Positions 49,814 to 59,826 of a stretch of 64,000 nt of DNA are shown one piece after another; the first letter of the stretch is position 1, and each line of letters begins with the position of its first letter. Origin of the DNA: an uncultured Acidobacteriota bacterium (GTDB taxonomy: Bacteria > Acidobacteriota > Thermoanaerobaculia > Multivoradales > UBA5704); assembly GCA_963770895.1 (NCBI GenBank), contig CAVYRF010000002.1, forward strand, positions 1,568,001 through 1,632,000, written 5' to 3'. The notes beneath the pieces were generated by a model. The model was not told the origin of the DNA and searched no databases. It saw only the letters and a program-made list of their open reading frames with translations. Position numbers and translations under genes: made by a program.

Positions 49814-50941
49814 TCAGCGGCGGCCTGTCACCCGCTCGTAAAGCGACCGGTAACGGCCGACCACCGAATCCTGGCTGAAGCGCTCCATGGCATCGCGCCG
49901 GCCGGCGGCGCCCATGGCGCGGCGGCGCGGCGGATCGGACAGCAGCCGCCAGGCGGCATCGGCCATCGCCTCCACCTCGCCGACGCCGAACAGGAAACCC
50001 GTTTCGCCGTCGGTCACCACCTCGGGCACGCCGCCGACCGCGGTGGCGATGACCGGCACCTCGCAGGACAGCGCTTCGAGCGCCGCCAGGCCGAAGGACT
50101 CGCGCTCGGACGGCAGCAGGAACAGGTCCGCCCCGACGATCACCTCTTCGACCAGCGGCAGGCTGCCGATGAACGTGATGGCGTGGCAGATGTCGTGCTC
50201 CCGGCAGTACTGCTCGACCTTGCCGCGGTCCGGGCCGTCGCCGACCATCAGCAGGCGGCAGGGCAACCGCCGCTGCACCCGCTCGAAGATGCGGATCACG
50301 TCCAGGACGCGCTTGACCGGCCGGAAGTTGGAGATGTGGATCAGGATGCTCTCCCCCTCCTTGGCCCAGCGGCGGCAGCCGGGGCTGTCGCGCGCCCGTT
50401 CGTAGCGGCTCGGATCGATGAAGTTGGGGATCACGTCGATCTGGTTCGAGATGCCGAGCTGCTCGACGGTCGCGAGACGCAACGACTCCGACACCGCGGT
50501 CACCGCATCGCTCTGCAAGATGCCCCAGCGGGTGGTTTCCAGGTAGTTGGGATCGTTGCCCACCAGGGTGACGTCGGTGCCGTGCAGGGTGGTCACCACC
50601 GGCAGCGGCAGCGGTTGCACGATCTCGCGCGCCAAAACCGCCGAAACCGCGTTGGGAATCGCGTAGTGCACGTGCAGCACGTCCAGGTGGCTGTGCCGCG
50701 CCACCTCCACCATCTTGGTGGTGAGGGCGAGCGAATACGGCGGGTAGTCGTCGAACAGCGGGTAACGGGGGGTGACCACCTCGTGAAAGAACAGCCGCGA
50801 ATTGGTGAGCGACAGGCGCGACGGCAGCGCGTAGCTGATGACGTGAACCTGGTCGCCGCCGTCGGCCAGCGCCATCGCCAGCTCGGTGGCGACGATCCCC
50901 GAGCCGCCGTAGGTCGGATAGCAGCTGATGCCGACCCTCAT
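49814..50941 (-). CDS. bshA: N-acetyl-alpha-D-glucosaminyl L-malate synthase
   Basis: MRVGISCYPTYGGSGIVATEL, HVHYAIP, TTLHGTD.TLVG, HISNFRPVKR, ESFGLAALEA. Confidence 0.96.
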   Translation of the reverse strand: MRVGISCYPTYGGSGIVATELAMALADGGDQVHVISYALPSRLSLTNSRLFFHEVVTPRYPLFDDYPPYSLALTTKMVEVARHSHLDVLHVHYAIPNAVSAVLAREIVQPLPLPVVTTLHGTDVTLVGNDPNYLETTRWGILQSDAVTAVSESLRLATVEQLGISNQIDVIPNFIDPSRYERARDSPGCRRWAKEGESILIHISNFRPVKRVLDVIRIFERVQRRLPCRLLMVGDGPDRGKVEQYCREHDICHAITFIGSLPLVEEVIVGADLFLLPSERESFGLAALEALSCEVPVIATAVGGVPEVVTDGETGFLFGVGEVEAMADAAWRLLSDPPRRRAMGAAGRRDAMERFSQDSVVGRYRSLYERVTGRR

Positions 50942-51753
50942 CGCAGCCCCCGCGGGGTGAGCGCCGCCAGGTCGGAGACGGCAAGCGGCAGGGGGCTTGC
51001 GAAGGGCTCGCCCAGCTCGACGCCGATCAGCTGTCCGAAGTGGCGGGCGCGCCCTTCGATGGCCAGACGGAATTCGCGCGACGAGATCTTGGTCGCCGGC
51101 TGGCCGTCGGGAGCAGCCGCGGCGGCGGCCGGACCGGCCGGATCGCTCGCGGCGGCCGCCGGGGGCGCGCCGCTTGCCGCGGCCGCCGGGGCCGTGGCGG
51201 CGCCCTGGTAGAGCTGGCTGCGATAGGCGGCCAGGGCAGCCATCTTGGTTTCCCATACCGCGGTCACGTCGACGACGAAGCTGGGCTCGAACGAATTGTG
51301 CTGCATGTAGGAAAAGACCGCCGCCGGGCGGTGAGGGGGACCCGGCCGCGCGGAGCCGCGCGCCGCCAGCCCCGAATAAAACGCCGCCGCGGCCACCAGC
51401 TCGTGCGCGCGCCCATGGTCCGGGTGGCGGTCGCTCGGGGGCGGACCGAGCAGCAGGTCGGGCCGCCATGTCCTGAGCACTTCGATCAACGCATCCTCCT
51501 CGGCCTGGCCGCGGCGCAGAGCGCCGTCGCCACAATCCAGAAATGCCAGCTCGACGGCGCCCAGTGCCGCCGCCGCGCGCTCCGCTTCGGCCAGGCGCAG
51601 CTCGGCGTTGCCGCGGGTGCCGCTTTCGCCGCGCGTCAGGTGCAGGATGCCGACGCGGCGGCCCTGGCGGGCGGCCAGTGCCAGGGTGCCGCCGCAGCCC
51701 AGCTCGACGTCGTCGGGATGTGCGCCGATGGCCAGGATGTCGAGCTTGCTCAT
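50938..51753 (-). CDS. bshB1: Bacillithiol biosynthesis deacetylase BshB1
   Basis: LDILAIGAHPDDVEL.CGGT, GE.GTRG, DRHPDH, SQ, G..IGV..GEPF; overlaps the bshA start. Confidence 0.93.
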   Translation of the reverse strand: MSKLDILAIGAHPDDVELGCGGTLALAARQGRRVGILHLTRGESGTRGNAELRLAEAERAAAALGAVELAFLDCGDGALRRGQAEEDALIEVLRTWRPDLLLGPPPSDRHPDHGRAHELVAAAAFYSGLAARGSARPGPPHRPAAVFSYMQHNSFEPSFVVDVTAVWETKMAALAAYRSQLYQGAATAPAAAASGAPPAAAASDPAGPAAAAAAPDGQPATKISSREFRLAIEGRARHFGQLIGVELGEPFASPLPLAVSDLAALTPRGLR

Positions 51754-51762
51754 GGTGTCGGC

Positions 51763-53448
51763 TCAGGGCACGATGACGGAAAGGCGGCGCGGTTCGAGAT
51801 CCATCTGCTCCCAGAAGCTGGCGGCGAAACGGTCGCCGTACTTGCCTTGAAAATGCGCCGCGGACACCACCCGTTCCTGCCACTTGCCGCCGGGCTGGCA
51901 GACCTGCATCAGGGTATCGACCCGCCGGTTTTCCATCTCGTCGCGGCGGGCCAGCGCCGGCAGCGCCTTTTCGGCGAACAGACTGAGCGCGCGGGCAACC
52001 TGCTCGCGGGTCTTGGCGAGGGGGCGCTCGAGGTTGGCATCGGCTGCCAGCGCCGGCGCCTCCAGCTCCGCCAGCGCCGCCTGGACGCGGGCGGCCACCG
52101 GCGCCACGAAGTCGCCGCCGGCGCGCTCGGCCAGGGCGCGGTCCAGCTGGTGGCGGTCGCCCAGCAGAGTGGCGAGCGCCAGGCCGCTTTCCGCCAGGCG
52201 CTCAGCCTGGCGAGCGTCCAGCACCATGGCCTGCGGCCGCAGCGTCACGTGCGGCGCGGCGACGTCGAGCACGCCGTAGACCGGCGCCACCTGCGGCATG
52301 TACGACAGCTCGCCCGGGCCGAGCACCTGGAGCGCCGTGCCCAGCACCGCGTCGGCGATGGCGGGGCGGGCGAGCACGCCGGGGCTGACCACCGATGGAT
52401 TTTCGCTGACCGTGCGCAGCAGCTCGGCGACCGTGTCGCGAGACCTGGCGGACTTCGCCGCCACCGCGCCAGGGTGGCGCGCATCGTGGCCGCGCAGGGT
52501 GAAGCCGGAGGCGCCCTGCCAGGCGATGCGGCGGCGCGCGGCGCCGCGCAGCAGGAACAGCGGGCTGGCACCGCGCTGAGGGCTGACCCGCAGCTCGTAG
52601 CCGCGCGCGGCGATGGCGGCATCCTGGCGCTCCAGCGCCGCTTCCAGCTCGGCGCGGCGTTCGATCAGGGATGCCAGGTAGGGGCGTTGGGCGAGCTTCA
52701 GGGCGGGGTGCATGGCGTCCAGGAGCAGCGGACATCGGTGCCCCAACATCGCCGTCATGGAGCGGCAGAACGCCGTGCCCACGCAGGCGAACGGCCCGTA
52801 CCAGCTGCCGAGCCGGGCGAGCCATTCGGCGTAGCGCTCGCCGGGGACCGCCTCGGCCATGGCGCGCAGGATGCCGGTGATCGCCTGCGGCATGGTGCGC
52901 ATGCCGACCGGCAGCAGCGGCTCGGGGTCCGGCCCCAGATCGAAGCTGCGCGGGCCGTCGGCGGCGAGCACCGTGGCATGCGACACCTCGGCAAAGTCGT
53001 GGTCTTCGTTTGCCACCCAGAACACCGCCACCGCCGGTTCCCCCGCGGCCTCCAACGCCGCCGCATAGCGGGACGCGGCGATCATTTTGGAGAAGGTGTA
53101 GAGCGGGCCGCCGAAAAGACCGGGCTGCTGGCCGGTGACCACCACGCGAGTGGCCGGGTCGGCCAGCCGGCGGCAGAGCCGGTCGGCGTCGGGATGACCG
53201 AAGGAATGGTTGCTCGCCGCGATCGCCGTCGCCAGCGCCGCGCGCCCCTTGGGAGCCACGGCCGGCCGGCGGCACAGCGCGTCAAGCTGGGACGGCGCGG
53301 CGAGCAGGCCGAGCGGCGCCAGCAGGTCCAGGTCGCGGCCGGCCAGGAAGGAAGCGGGGAGCGGCGGCAGCTGCCCGGAAGCGGCCAGGTCCAGCTGCAG
53401 GGCGTCGCGCAGGTGTGGCGCCGGCGACGCGGGGAGGTTTGCTGTCAC
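51763..53448 (-). CDS. bshC: Bacillithiol biosynthesis cysteine-adding enzyme BshC
   Basis: VVTGQQPGLFGGPLYT..K, FW...EDHDF.E, SP.VL.RP, GPGELSY, QER. Confidence 0.93.
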   Translation of the reverse strand: MTANLPASPAPHLRDALQLDLAASGQLPPLPASFLAGRDLDLLAPLGLLAAPSQLDALCRRPAVAPKGRAALATAIAASNHSFGHPDADRLCRRLADPATRVVVTGQQPGLFGGPLYTFSKMIAASRYAAALEAAGEPAVAVFWVANEDHDFAEVSHATVLAADGPRSFDLGPDPEPLLPVGMRTMPQAITGILRAMAEAVPGERYAEWLARLGSWYGPFACVGTAFCRSMTAMLGHRCPLLLDAMHPALKLAQRPYLASLIERRAELEAALERQDAAIAARGYELRVSPQRGASPLFLLRGAARRRIAWQGASGFTLRGHDARHPGAVAAKSARSRDTVAELLRTVSENPSVVSPGVLARPAIADAVLGTALQVLGPGELSYMPQVAPVYGVLDVAAPHVTLRPQAMVLDARQAERLAESGLALATLLGDRHQLDRALAERAGGDFVAPVAARVQAALAELEAPALAADANLERPLAKTREQVARALSLFAEKALPALARRDEMENRRVDTLMQVCQPGGKWQERVVSAAHFQGKYGDRFAASFWEQMDLEPRRLSVIVP

Positions 53449-53573
53449 AGCCGCTCCTTATGGCAGACCACCGGCGGCATGATACTCGGAGTTGGCGGGC
53501 GCGCGCCGCGGTGGAGAGCACCCCGTCGCCGCGACCGCGCCATCTCTCCGCGGGCTTCGCGGTATCCTTGGAC

Positions 53574-54332
53574 ATGAGCCCGGATTGGATCCTGGTGCCG
53601 GGAGGCTGGTTCTGGATGGGCGGCGGGCTGCGCGACAACGAAAACCCGCGCCACCAGGTGTGGCTGCCGCCCTTTCGCCTGGCCAGGACCGCCGTGACCC
53701 GGCAGCAGTACCAGGCGTTCCTGGACGCGACGGGCCATACGGCGCCGCCGTTCTGGGCGGCGGAGGAGTTCGCCGGCCTCGGCATGCCGGCGGTGGGACC
53801 GTCCTGGGACGACGCACAGCTGTACTGCGCCTGGCTCGCGCCGCGGCTGGGATTTGCCGTGCGGCTGCCGTGCGAAGCCGAATGGGAGTGTGCGGCCAAG
53901 GCGGGACGCGAAGTGGTCTATCCGTGGGGCGATGAGCCGCCCGAAGCGCTCCCTGACTACGAGCGGCGGTGGTTGCGCGGACCGGAGCCGGTGGACGCCT
54001 ACCCGTCGCGACATCCGCTGGGATTGGTGGGCATGGGAGAGAACGTGCACGAATGGTGCGGCGACTGGTTTGCGGCGGACTACTATGCGCGGTCGCCGCC
54101 GCGGCAGCCGCGCGGCCCCGCGACCGGCACGCGGCGAGCGTCGCGCGGCGGCGCGTGGCGGCACCAGGTCAAGGCCAGCCGCTGCGCCGCGCGCTCGGCG
54201 ATCCCACCCAGCCTGCGCTACGCCGACTACGGCTTCCGGCTGGCCGCCGCGGCTGCAGAGACCACCGGGGCCGCTGGGACCACCGGTGCCGCTGGCGGGC
54301 CGGCGGCAACGGCACGGGAAGCAGGCGGATGA
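53574..54332 (+). CDS. FGE-sulfatase (SUMF1/EgtB C-terminal) domain protein
   Basis: PGG.F.MG, E.P.H.V, SW.DA..YC.WL, RLP.EAEWE.AA, YPWG, NVHEWC.D, RGGAW, GFRLA. Confidence 0.88.
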   Translation: MSPDWILVPGGWFWMGGGLRDNENPRHQVWLPPFRLARTAVTRQQYQAFLDATGHTAPPFWAAEEFAGLGMPAVGPSWDDAQLYCAWLAPRLGFAVRLPCEAEWECAAKAGREVVYPWGDEPPEALPDYERRWLRGPEPVDAYPSRHPLGLVGMGENVHEWCGDWFAADYYARSPPRQPRGPATGTRRASRGGAWRHQVKASRCAARSAIPPSLRYADYGFRLAAAAAETTGAAGTTGAAGGPAATAREAGG

Positions 54333-54748
54333 GCGGCCGGCGTCCTGACGGAGAAGGCGCCGGCGGCGCACCCGAGGCGCTCCCCGGCAGCGGCGGGCTG
54401 CCTGCCAACGGTGTGCAGAGCCAGCCACCGCGCGACCCGGCCTGGGGCGGCGCGGTGGTCGCGCTGGCGGCGACCTTCCTGCTGCACATCTTCGCGGTGC
54501 TCTGGGTGTGGCGCGGCGGCTTCGGTCGTAGCGGACTCCTCGCCTGGATGGATTTCCCGTCGTCGCTCGCCTATCTGCGGCTGCGCGGCGGCGCCATGCT
54601 CGCCTGCAGCCTGGCGCTGGGCGGCCTGCAATGGGGGGCGGTCGGCGCCGGCCTCAGTCTCCTGATCGGCCGCTCGGCGCGGCGGCCGGTGGAGCCGCCA
54701 ACGCCGGCCGCCGGCGACCCACCCCGCCCTGGCGCCGGACCGGGTTAA
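54329..54748 (+). CDS. Hypothetical membrane protein
   Basis: ATGA overlap with the upstream gene; two to three hydrophobic segments; DFP.S motif. Confidence 0.6.
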   Translation: MSGRRPDGEGAGGAPEALPGSGGLPANGVQSQPPRDPAWGGAVVALAATFLLHIFAVLWVWRGGFGRSGLLAWMDFPSSLAYLRLRGGAMLACSLALGGLQWGAVGAGLSLLIGRSARRPVEPPTPAAGDPPRPGAGPG

Positions 54749-54758
54749 AATCGACGCC

Positions 54759-55775
54759 ATGGTGCAGATTGGGACCCTCCAGATCGATCCGCCGCTGTGG
54801 CTCGCCCCCATGGCCGGGGTGACCGACTGCGACTTTCGGCTGATCGTGCGGCGCATCGGCGGCGTCGGCGTGGTGGCGATGGAATTCATCTCCTCGCGCG
54901 CCATCGTTTCGGGCAACCAAAAGACCCGCGACCTGATGCGCTTCAGCGAAGAGGAGCGGCCGCTGGCCATCCAGATCTACGGCTCGGACGTCGCCACCAT
55001 GCGTGAGGCGGCGCTGGTGGTCGAAGAGCTGCGCCCCGACATCTGCGACATCAACATGGGCTGTCCGGCCAACAAGGTGCTCAAGGGTTGCGCCGGCGCC
55101 GCGCTGATGGGCGATCTCAAGCTGGCGGAGCGCATCATCCTCGCCGTGCGGGACGCCATCTCGATCCCCTTGACGGTCAAGTTCCGCCTCGGCCTTGACG
55201 AGTGCCGCACCAACTACCTGGAGCTGGGCAAGATCTGCCAGGGCAGCGGCGTCGCCGCGGTAGCGATGCACGCGCGCACCGCGCGGCAGATGTACACCGG
55301 GGAAGCGGACTGGTCGCACCTGGCGCGCCTCAAGGAGCACCTTTCCATTCCGGTCATCGGCAACGGCGACGTGCGGGAACCCGAAGACGCCCTGCGCCTG
55401 CTCGCGGCGACCGGCTGCGACGGCGTCATGGTGGGCCGCGGCGCAACCCGCAACCCCTGGATCTTCAGGCAGATCGCCGCCAAGATGGCAGAGCTGCCGG
55501 GAGCCGCCGCAGACCCGGCAGCCGGCCGGATCACCGCGCCCACGCTGGCCGATCGGCGCGACCTGATCCTGTCCCACTTTCAGCGCGTCGCCCACCGCGA
55601 AAACTCCGCCTTCGCGCTGCACAAGCTGCGCAAGTTCACCGGCTGGTACACCCACGGCCTGCCCAACGGCCGCCGCCTGCGCCAGGAGATCAACCAGCTG
55701 CCCGACGTCGCCAGCTTCCTGGCCGCGGTCGAATCCTTCCTGGCGGAGCTCATCCAGGAAGAACAGGCAGCCTGA
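54759..55775 (+). CDS. dusB: tRNA-dihydrouridine synthase B
   Basis: LAPMAGVTD, IQIYG, DINMGCP, TVKFRLG, HART..QMY.G.ADW, GNGDV, VMVGRG...NPWIF. Confidence 0.95.
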   Translation: MVQIGTLQIDPPLWLAPMAGVTDCDFRLIVRRIGGVGVVAMEFISSRAIVSGNQKTRDLMRFSEEERPLAIQIYGSDVATMREAALVVEELRPDICDINMGCPANKVLKGCAGAALMGDLKLAERIILAVRDAISIPLTVKFRLGLDECRTNYLELGKICQGSGVAAVAMHARTARQMYTGEADWSHLARLKEHLSIPVIGNGDVREPEDALRLLAATGCDGVMVGRGATRNPWIFRQIAAKMAELPGAAADPAAGRITAPTLADRRDLILSHFQRVAHRENSAFALHKLRKFTGWYTHGLPNGRRLRQEINQLPDVASFLAAVESFLAELIQEEQAA

Positions 55776-55777
55776 CC

Positions 55778-56278
55778 GTGCCCGCGCCGCCTGGCGCCTG
55801 CGCCATCGAGCTCCCCTGCTCGGTGCAAGACGCCATGCGCGCTGCTGACCAGGCCGCCGAAGAATGGGGAGCGACGATCCAACGCGGCAACGGCGAGACC
55901 GTCCTGACTCTGCCGGTCGTCGCCGGGATGCGGCGCGGTCTCCTGCAGGGACCCTTGCGGATCACCGCGGAAGGCCCCCTGGCGCGCGTCACCTTCGCGC
56001 CAGCCGCCGAGGACTACCACCTGGAAACCCCCGCCGTCGCCGTCTTGCTGCTGGCGGGCGCCGGCGGGCTCCTCGCCGTGGGCTGGCCTCTGTTTCCGCG
56101 CCTGCTCCTGCCGGTCGCCCCGCTGGGCGCGGTGCTGGCGATCTCGGGCTGGCTGCTGGTCCTGTCGCGAAGGCGCGGCAAGAGCCCGCAGGACTTCTTC
56201 GCCCGTCTCCAGGCCATCGCCGGCAGCGCCGCCCCCCAGCCGGCGGGGGAATTTCCGCCATCACAAAGCGGTATATAG
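55778..56278 (+). CDS. Hypothetical membrane protein
   Basis: GTG start 2 nt after the dusB stop; two C-terminal TM segments. Confidence 0.6.
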   Translation: MPAPPGACAIELPCSVQDAMRAADQAAEEWGATIQRGNGETVLTLPVVAGMRRGLLQGPLRITAEGPLARVTFAPAAEDYHLETPAVAVLLLAGAGGLLAVGWPLFPRLLLPVAPLGAVLAISGWLLVLSRRRGKSPQDFFARLQAIAGSAAPQPAGEFPPSQSGI

Positions 56279-56305
56279 TCGTGCAGCAGACGTTCTTTGG
56301 TAACT

Positions 56306-56656
56306 GGGGGCGTACCGGTTTCGACGGGGAACAAGAGCGGCGCGGAGGATGCGTGTCGAACTCCACCCGTAAAGTGGAACTTGTAACTGCGAACGATAAC
56401 TTCGCACTCGCGGCCTAAAAAGCCGTGACGTACCGATGGGAGCGCGACCCGCGGCGCTCATCGGTGCGACGCTAAAGCGGGTCAATGGGTGCGGATCGCC
56501 CTGCGCCGCATCCTGATACAAAGCAAGGCTGGCCGCCGCGCCAGGTGCCTTCTTCCAACGCGCGGTCCGGCGAGATTTTCAAATAGAAGGCTACGCACGT
56601 AGAAGCTTCTGCACCGCGTTTTCCGGACGTGGGTTCGATTCCCACCGCCTCCACCA
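56306..56656 (+). ncRNA. ssrA: tmRNA, tag peptide (A)ANDNFALAA
   Basis: 5' GGGGGCGTACCGGTTTCGAC; tag frame GCG AAC GAT AAC TTC GCA CTC GCG GCC TAA (56389-56418); 3' GGGTTCGATTCCCACCGCCTCCACCA with G3-U acceptor pair. Confidence 0.97.
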
Positions 56657-56821
56657 ACCCTCTCCTCAGTTCTGCCCCACCCCCAACTCCGACCCCTGGT
56701 GTTCCTTACCTCGTAGCCCGATTTCGGGCCCGTCCATTCAGAAGTTTGCCGCCCCATTCAGCGACCCTCACCATCCCGCCGGCGCCGTCACCATCGGCAC
56801 CCGCACCGGGACACCGCCACA

Positions 56822-57937
56822 CTACGCTTCGAAGGCCGCGGCAATACTGGCGCTGTAAGGCGCCTCGAGCACCCCCACCTCGGTGATGATGGCCGTGACC
56901 AGGCTGTGGGGAGTGACGTCAAACGCGAAGTTGACCGCCTCCGTGCCCGCCGGCGCAACGCTGGTTCCGAACACCTGGGTCACCTCGACCGCCAGGCGCT
57001 GCTCGATCGGGATCGCCGCGCCGTTCGGCGTTTCGCGATCGATCGTGGACAGCGGCGCGGCGACGTAGAACGGCACCTGGTGATAGGCCGCCAGCACTGC
57101 CAGCGGATAGGTGCCGATCTTGTTCGCCGTGTCACCATTGGCGGCAATCCGGTCGGCGCCCACCACGATGCGGTCCACCAACCCCTGCGCCATCAGCGTG
57201 CCAGCGGTCGAATCGGTCACCAGCCGCGAAGGGATTCCCAGGCGCCGCAGCTCCCAGGCCGTCAGGCGCGCCCCCTGTAACAGCGGGCGCGTCTCGTCGA
57301 CCCACACCATTTCGACAGCCTGCCGCGCCCACGCCGAGCGGATGACCCCCAGTGCCGTGCCGTAGCCGGCCGTCGCCAGCGCGCCGGCGTTGCAGTGCGT
57401 CAGCACCCGGCTGCCGGGAGCGAACAGCGCGGCGCCGTGCTCGCCGATACGGCGGTTGATCTCCACGTCCTCGGCAGCGAGCCGGCCGGCCCAGCCAAGC
57501 AGGGCAGACGCCACCGCCTGCGGCCCTTCGGCCACGTGTTCTTCGAACACCGCCCGCCCGCGGCGCAGCGCCCAGCGCAGGTTCACCGCCGTGGGCCGGG
57601 TCGCCGCCAACAGTTCGCTGATCGCGTCAAAGCGCGCGGGCAGGTCGGACGCTTCCCGCACCGCCGCCATCCCAACCGCCAGGCCATACGCGGCCGCCAC
57701 CCCGATCGCCGGCGCACCGCGCACCGACAGCCGCCGGATCGCCGCGGCGACGTCTTCGGGCGTGCGGCACTCCAACCATACCTCCTGCGCCGGCAGCACC
57801 GTCTGATCCAGCAGAAACAGCGCGCCCTGCCGCCACGCAATCGGCGAGAATTCCTCGGCCGTCTGCGCCGAGGCGGCGGGGCCGGCAGCCGCGGGGGATG
57901 CTGAAAGCTGCGTCGAGGTCGAGTCCGATTCGCTCAT
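56822..57937 (-). CDS. mtnA: S-methyl-5-thioribose-1-phosphate isomerase
   Basis: LLDQ..LP, VRGAPAIG, RPTAVNL, THCNAGALAT.GYGTALG, ETRP.LQGARLT, GADRIA.NGD.ANKIGT, FDVTP. Confidence 0.96.
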   Translation of the reverse strand: MSESDSTSTQLSASPAAAGPAASAQTAEEFSPIAWRQGALFLLDQTVLPAQEVWLECRTPEDVAAAIRRLSVRGAPAIGVAAAYGLAVGMAAVREASDLPARFDAISELLAATRPTAVNLRWALRRGRAVFEEHVAEGPQAVASALLGWAGRLAAEDVEINRRIGEHGAALFAPGSRVLTHCNAGALATAGYGTALGVIRSAWARQAVEMVWVDETRPLLQGARLTAWELRRLGIPSRLVTDSTAGTLMAQGLVDRIVVGADRIAANGDTANKIGTYPLAVLAAYHQVPFYVAAPLSTIDRETPNGAAIPIEQRLAVEVTQVFGTSVAPAGTEAVNFAFDVTPHSLVTAIITEVGVLEAPYSASIAAAFEA

Positions 57938-57964
57938 GCCGGGAAACCGCCGGAAAAGCCGCTG

Positions 57965-58008
57965 AGATTGAGGGGGAGCAAACTGAGGGGAGCAGATTGA
58001 GGGGGAGC
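57965..58008. repeat. 14/15-bp tandem repeat x3 in the cutA-mtnA spacer
   Basis: AGATTGAGGGGGAGC AAACTGAGGGGAGC AGATTGAGGGGGAGC. Confidence 0.7.
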
Positions 58009-58038
58009 CCTGCCGCGCCGGAGGGCGCGCAACACGCG

Positions 58039-58437
58039 TCAAAAGTCGGTGTCGTCGGGATCGGCGGCGTAGGCCAGCTCTTCCTCTTCGTCGTCCTCTT
58101 CCTCGGTCGCCGAGTACGCCGTCTTGTCCACCGAGCCCGCGATCCAATCCAGGAACCCCTGATCGCCCTGGGCCACCCCGAACGACAGGATCTCGGGCAG
58201 CTCATAGCTGTGCAGCTCGCGGATCGTCGCGGCGACGCTCTCGAACTCTTCCTGCATCGTCTTGATCAGCAGCAACAGCTCGCCGTCCTTGCAGATCTTG
58301 CCCTTCCACCGGTAGATCGAACGGATCCCGGGCACGATGTTGACGCACGCCGCCTCCCGCCGGGCAATGATCTCGCGCGCTATCAGATTGGCTTGTTCCT
58401 CAGTCCCGACGGTCGTCACCACCACGATCGCGCGCAT
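58039..58437 (-). CDS. cutA: Divalent-cation tolerance protein CutA with acidic tail
   Basis: AACVNI.PGI.S.YRWKG, E.LLLIKT, LHSYELPEI. Confidence 0.93.
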   Translation of the reverse strand: MRAIVVVTTVGTEEQANLIAREIIARREAACVNIVPGIRSIYRWKGKICKDGELLLLIKTMQEEFESVAATIRELHSYELPEILSFGVAQGDQGFLDWIAGSVDKTAYSATEEEDDEEEELAYAADPDDTDF

Positions 58438-59096
58438 GCCAGCGACGTTACTGCACCCCTCCAAACGAGTCAATGCAAGCGCGGCCACCAACAGCGATCG
58501 GCGCCAGCATTCCGCGCCGGGCGGCCTCCATCGCCAAACGGCGCCCGTGGCTCCCCGATCCGGCGCGCCTGGCCGCTGGACCCGCCCTGGGTGCGGGGCT
58601 CCACGAATGCCCGACCGGCCCGGAGCGCTCTCCGAGCCGGCCGAAGCTCCCTGTCGTCCCTGCAATCGTGCTCTCTAAGGCAGCTCGCCACCCCCTCTCC
58701 GGTTCATCGACGTCCCCCGCCTCCTCAAGCCGCCTGCCAACCCGCGCTAGAGCGTTAAAGCGTGGCAAGGAAACGATTTAGCGCGCCGCGGCTAAAACCT
58801 GCCGCAGTCTTGCCGTCAAAGGATCTTGACGACGCGGGCCTGTACCTGGCACAGCCGCGGCGGTATACGACCGCAGCCGGCGCCCTCGCGAGGGGCGACG
58901 GGATGGGGTGGTCGACGAACCCACGGACGGGTGTCAAGCGATTGAGACAGGCGCCAGATCACTTGACAGAGGTGAGCCTGGGCCAGCTTGGCTGTGCGGA
59001 CCCGGGGGTTGCTCCGGGCGGTTGGCCGGCCGCAGCGGTTGCGCCGGTCGCCGGGTGGCGTAGCCTTGGACGGCGGGTTCGGGTAGATTACGCCGC

Positions 59097-59798
59097 ATGG
59101 CTAAGCGGTCCATCCAACGGGAGTACCTTGAAGCGCTGCTGATTGCGGCGATCTTCCTGCAGTTCGCCAATACCTTCGTGGTGCAGACGTACTACATCCC
59201 CAGCGGGTCGATGAAGAACACCCTGCTGGTGGGCGATCACCTGTTCGTCAACCGGTTTATCTACGGTCCGGCGGCGACGGCGATGGAGCGGCAGCTGCTG
59301 CCGCTGCGGTCGGTCCGGCACGGGGACATCGTGGTCTTCCGGTCGAAGGAGAACCTGCTGATCGACGTGGTCAAGCGCTGCGTGGGGCTGCCCGGCGACG
59401 TCATTCGAGTCGTCGACAAGCAGCTCTATATCAACTCGCGGCCGGTCGCCGACTCGGCGTACGCGATCCATACGGATTTCAAGCACATCCCGCCGCAGTA
59501 TCCGCTCGCACCGCAGATGCAGACACGCGACTACTTCGGGCCGTTCACCGTGCCGCCGGCAAGCTACTTCTGCATGGGCGACAACCGCGACAACTCGTGG
59601 GACTCGCGGTTCTGGTTGGAGCTGCCGGGGCGCTATCTGCTGGGTCGCGCCTTCGCCATCTACTGGTCGAAGGAGAGCGACGAGACGACGGAAGGTGCCT
59701 GGCAGGGGATGGGCGCCAAGATCGCGGACCTCACCAAGACGGTGCTGCACTTCTACTCCATCACCCGCTGGAACCGCACATTCCGGGTCGTCCGGTAG
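59097..59798 (+). CDS. lepB: Signal peptidase I (copy 1)
   Basis: IPSGSM..TL.VGD, VKRCVGLPGD, MGDNRDNS.DSRFW; catalytic Ser and Lys present. Confidence 0.94.
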   Translation: MAKRSIQREYLEALLIAAIFLQFANTFVVQTYYIPSGSMKNTLLVGDHLFVNRFIYGPAATAMERQLLPLRSVRHGDIVVFRSKENLLIDVVKRCVGLPGDVIRVVDKQLYINSRPVADSAYAIHTDFKHIPPQYPLAPQMQTRDYFGPFTVPPASYFCMGDNRDNSWDSRFWLELPGRYLLGRAFAIYWSKESDETTEGAWQGMGAKIADLTKTVLHFYSITRWNRTFRVVR

Positions 59799-59826
59799 GC
59801 AGCTTCGTGTCCCGCACCAGTGGCTG

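Noticed and set aside
56657-56821. Element integrated at the tmRNA 3' end
   Set aside because: Only 165 bp separate ssrA from the convergent mtnA; no integrase or repeated 3' end.
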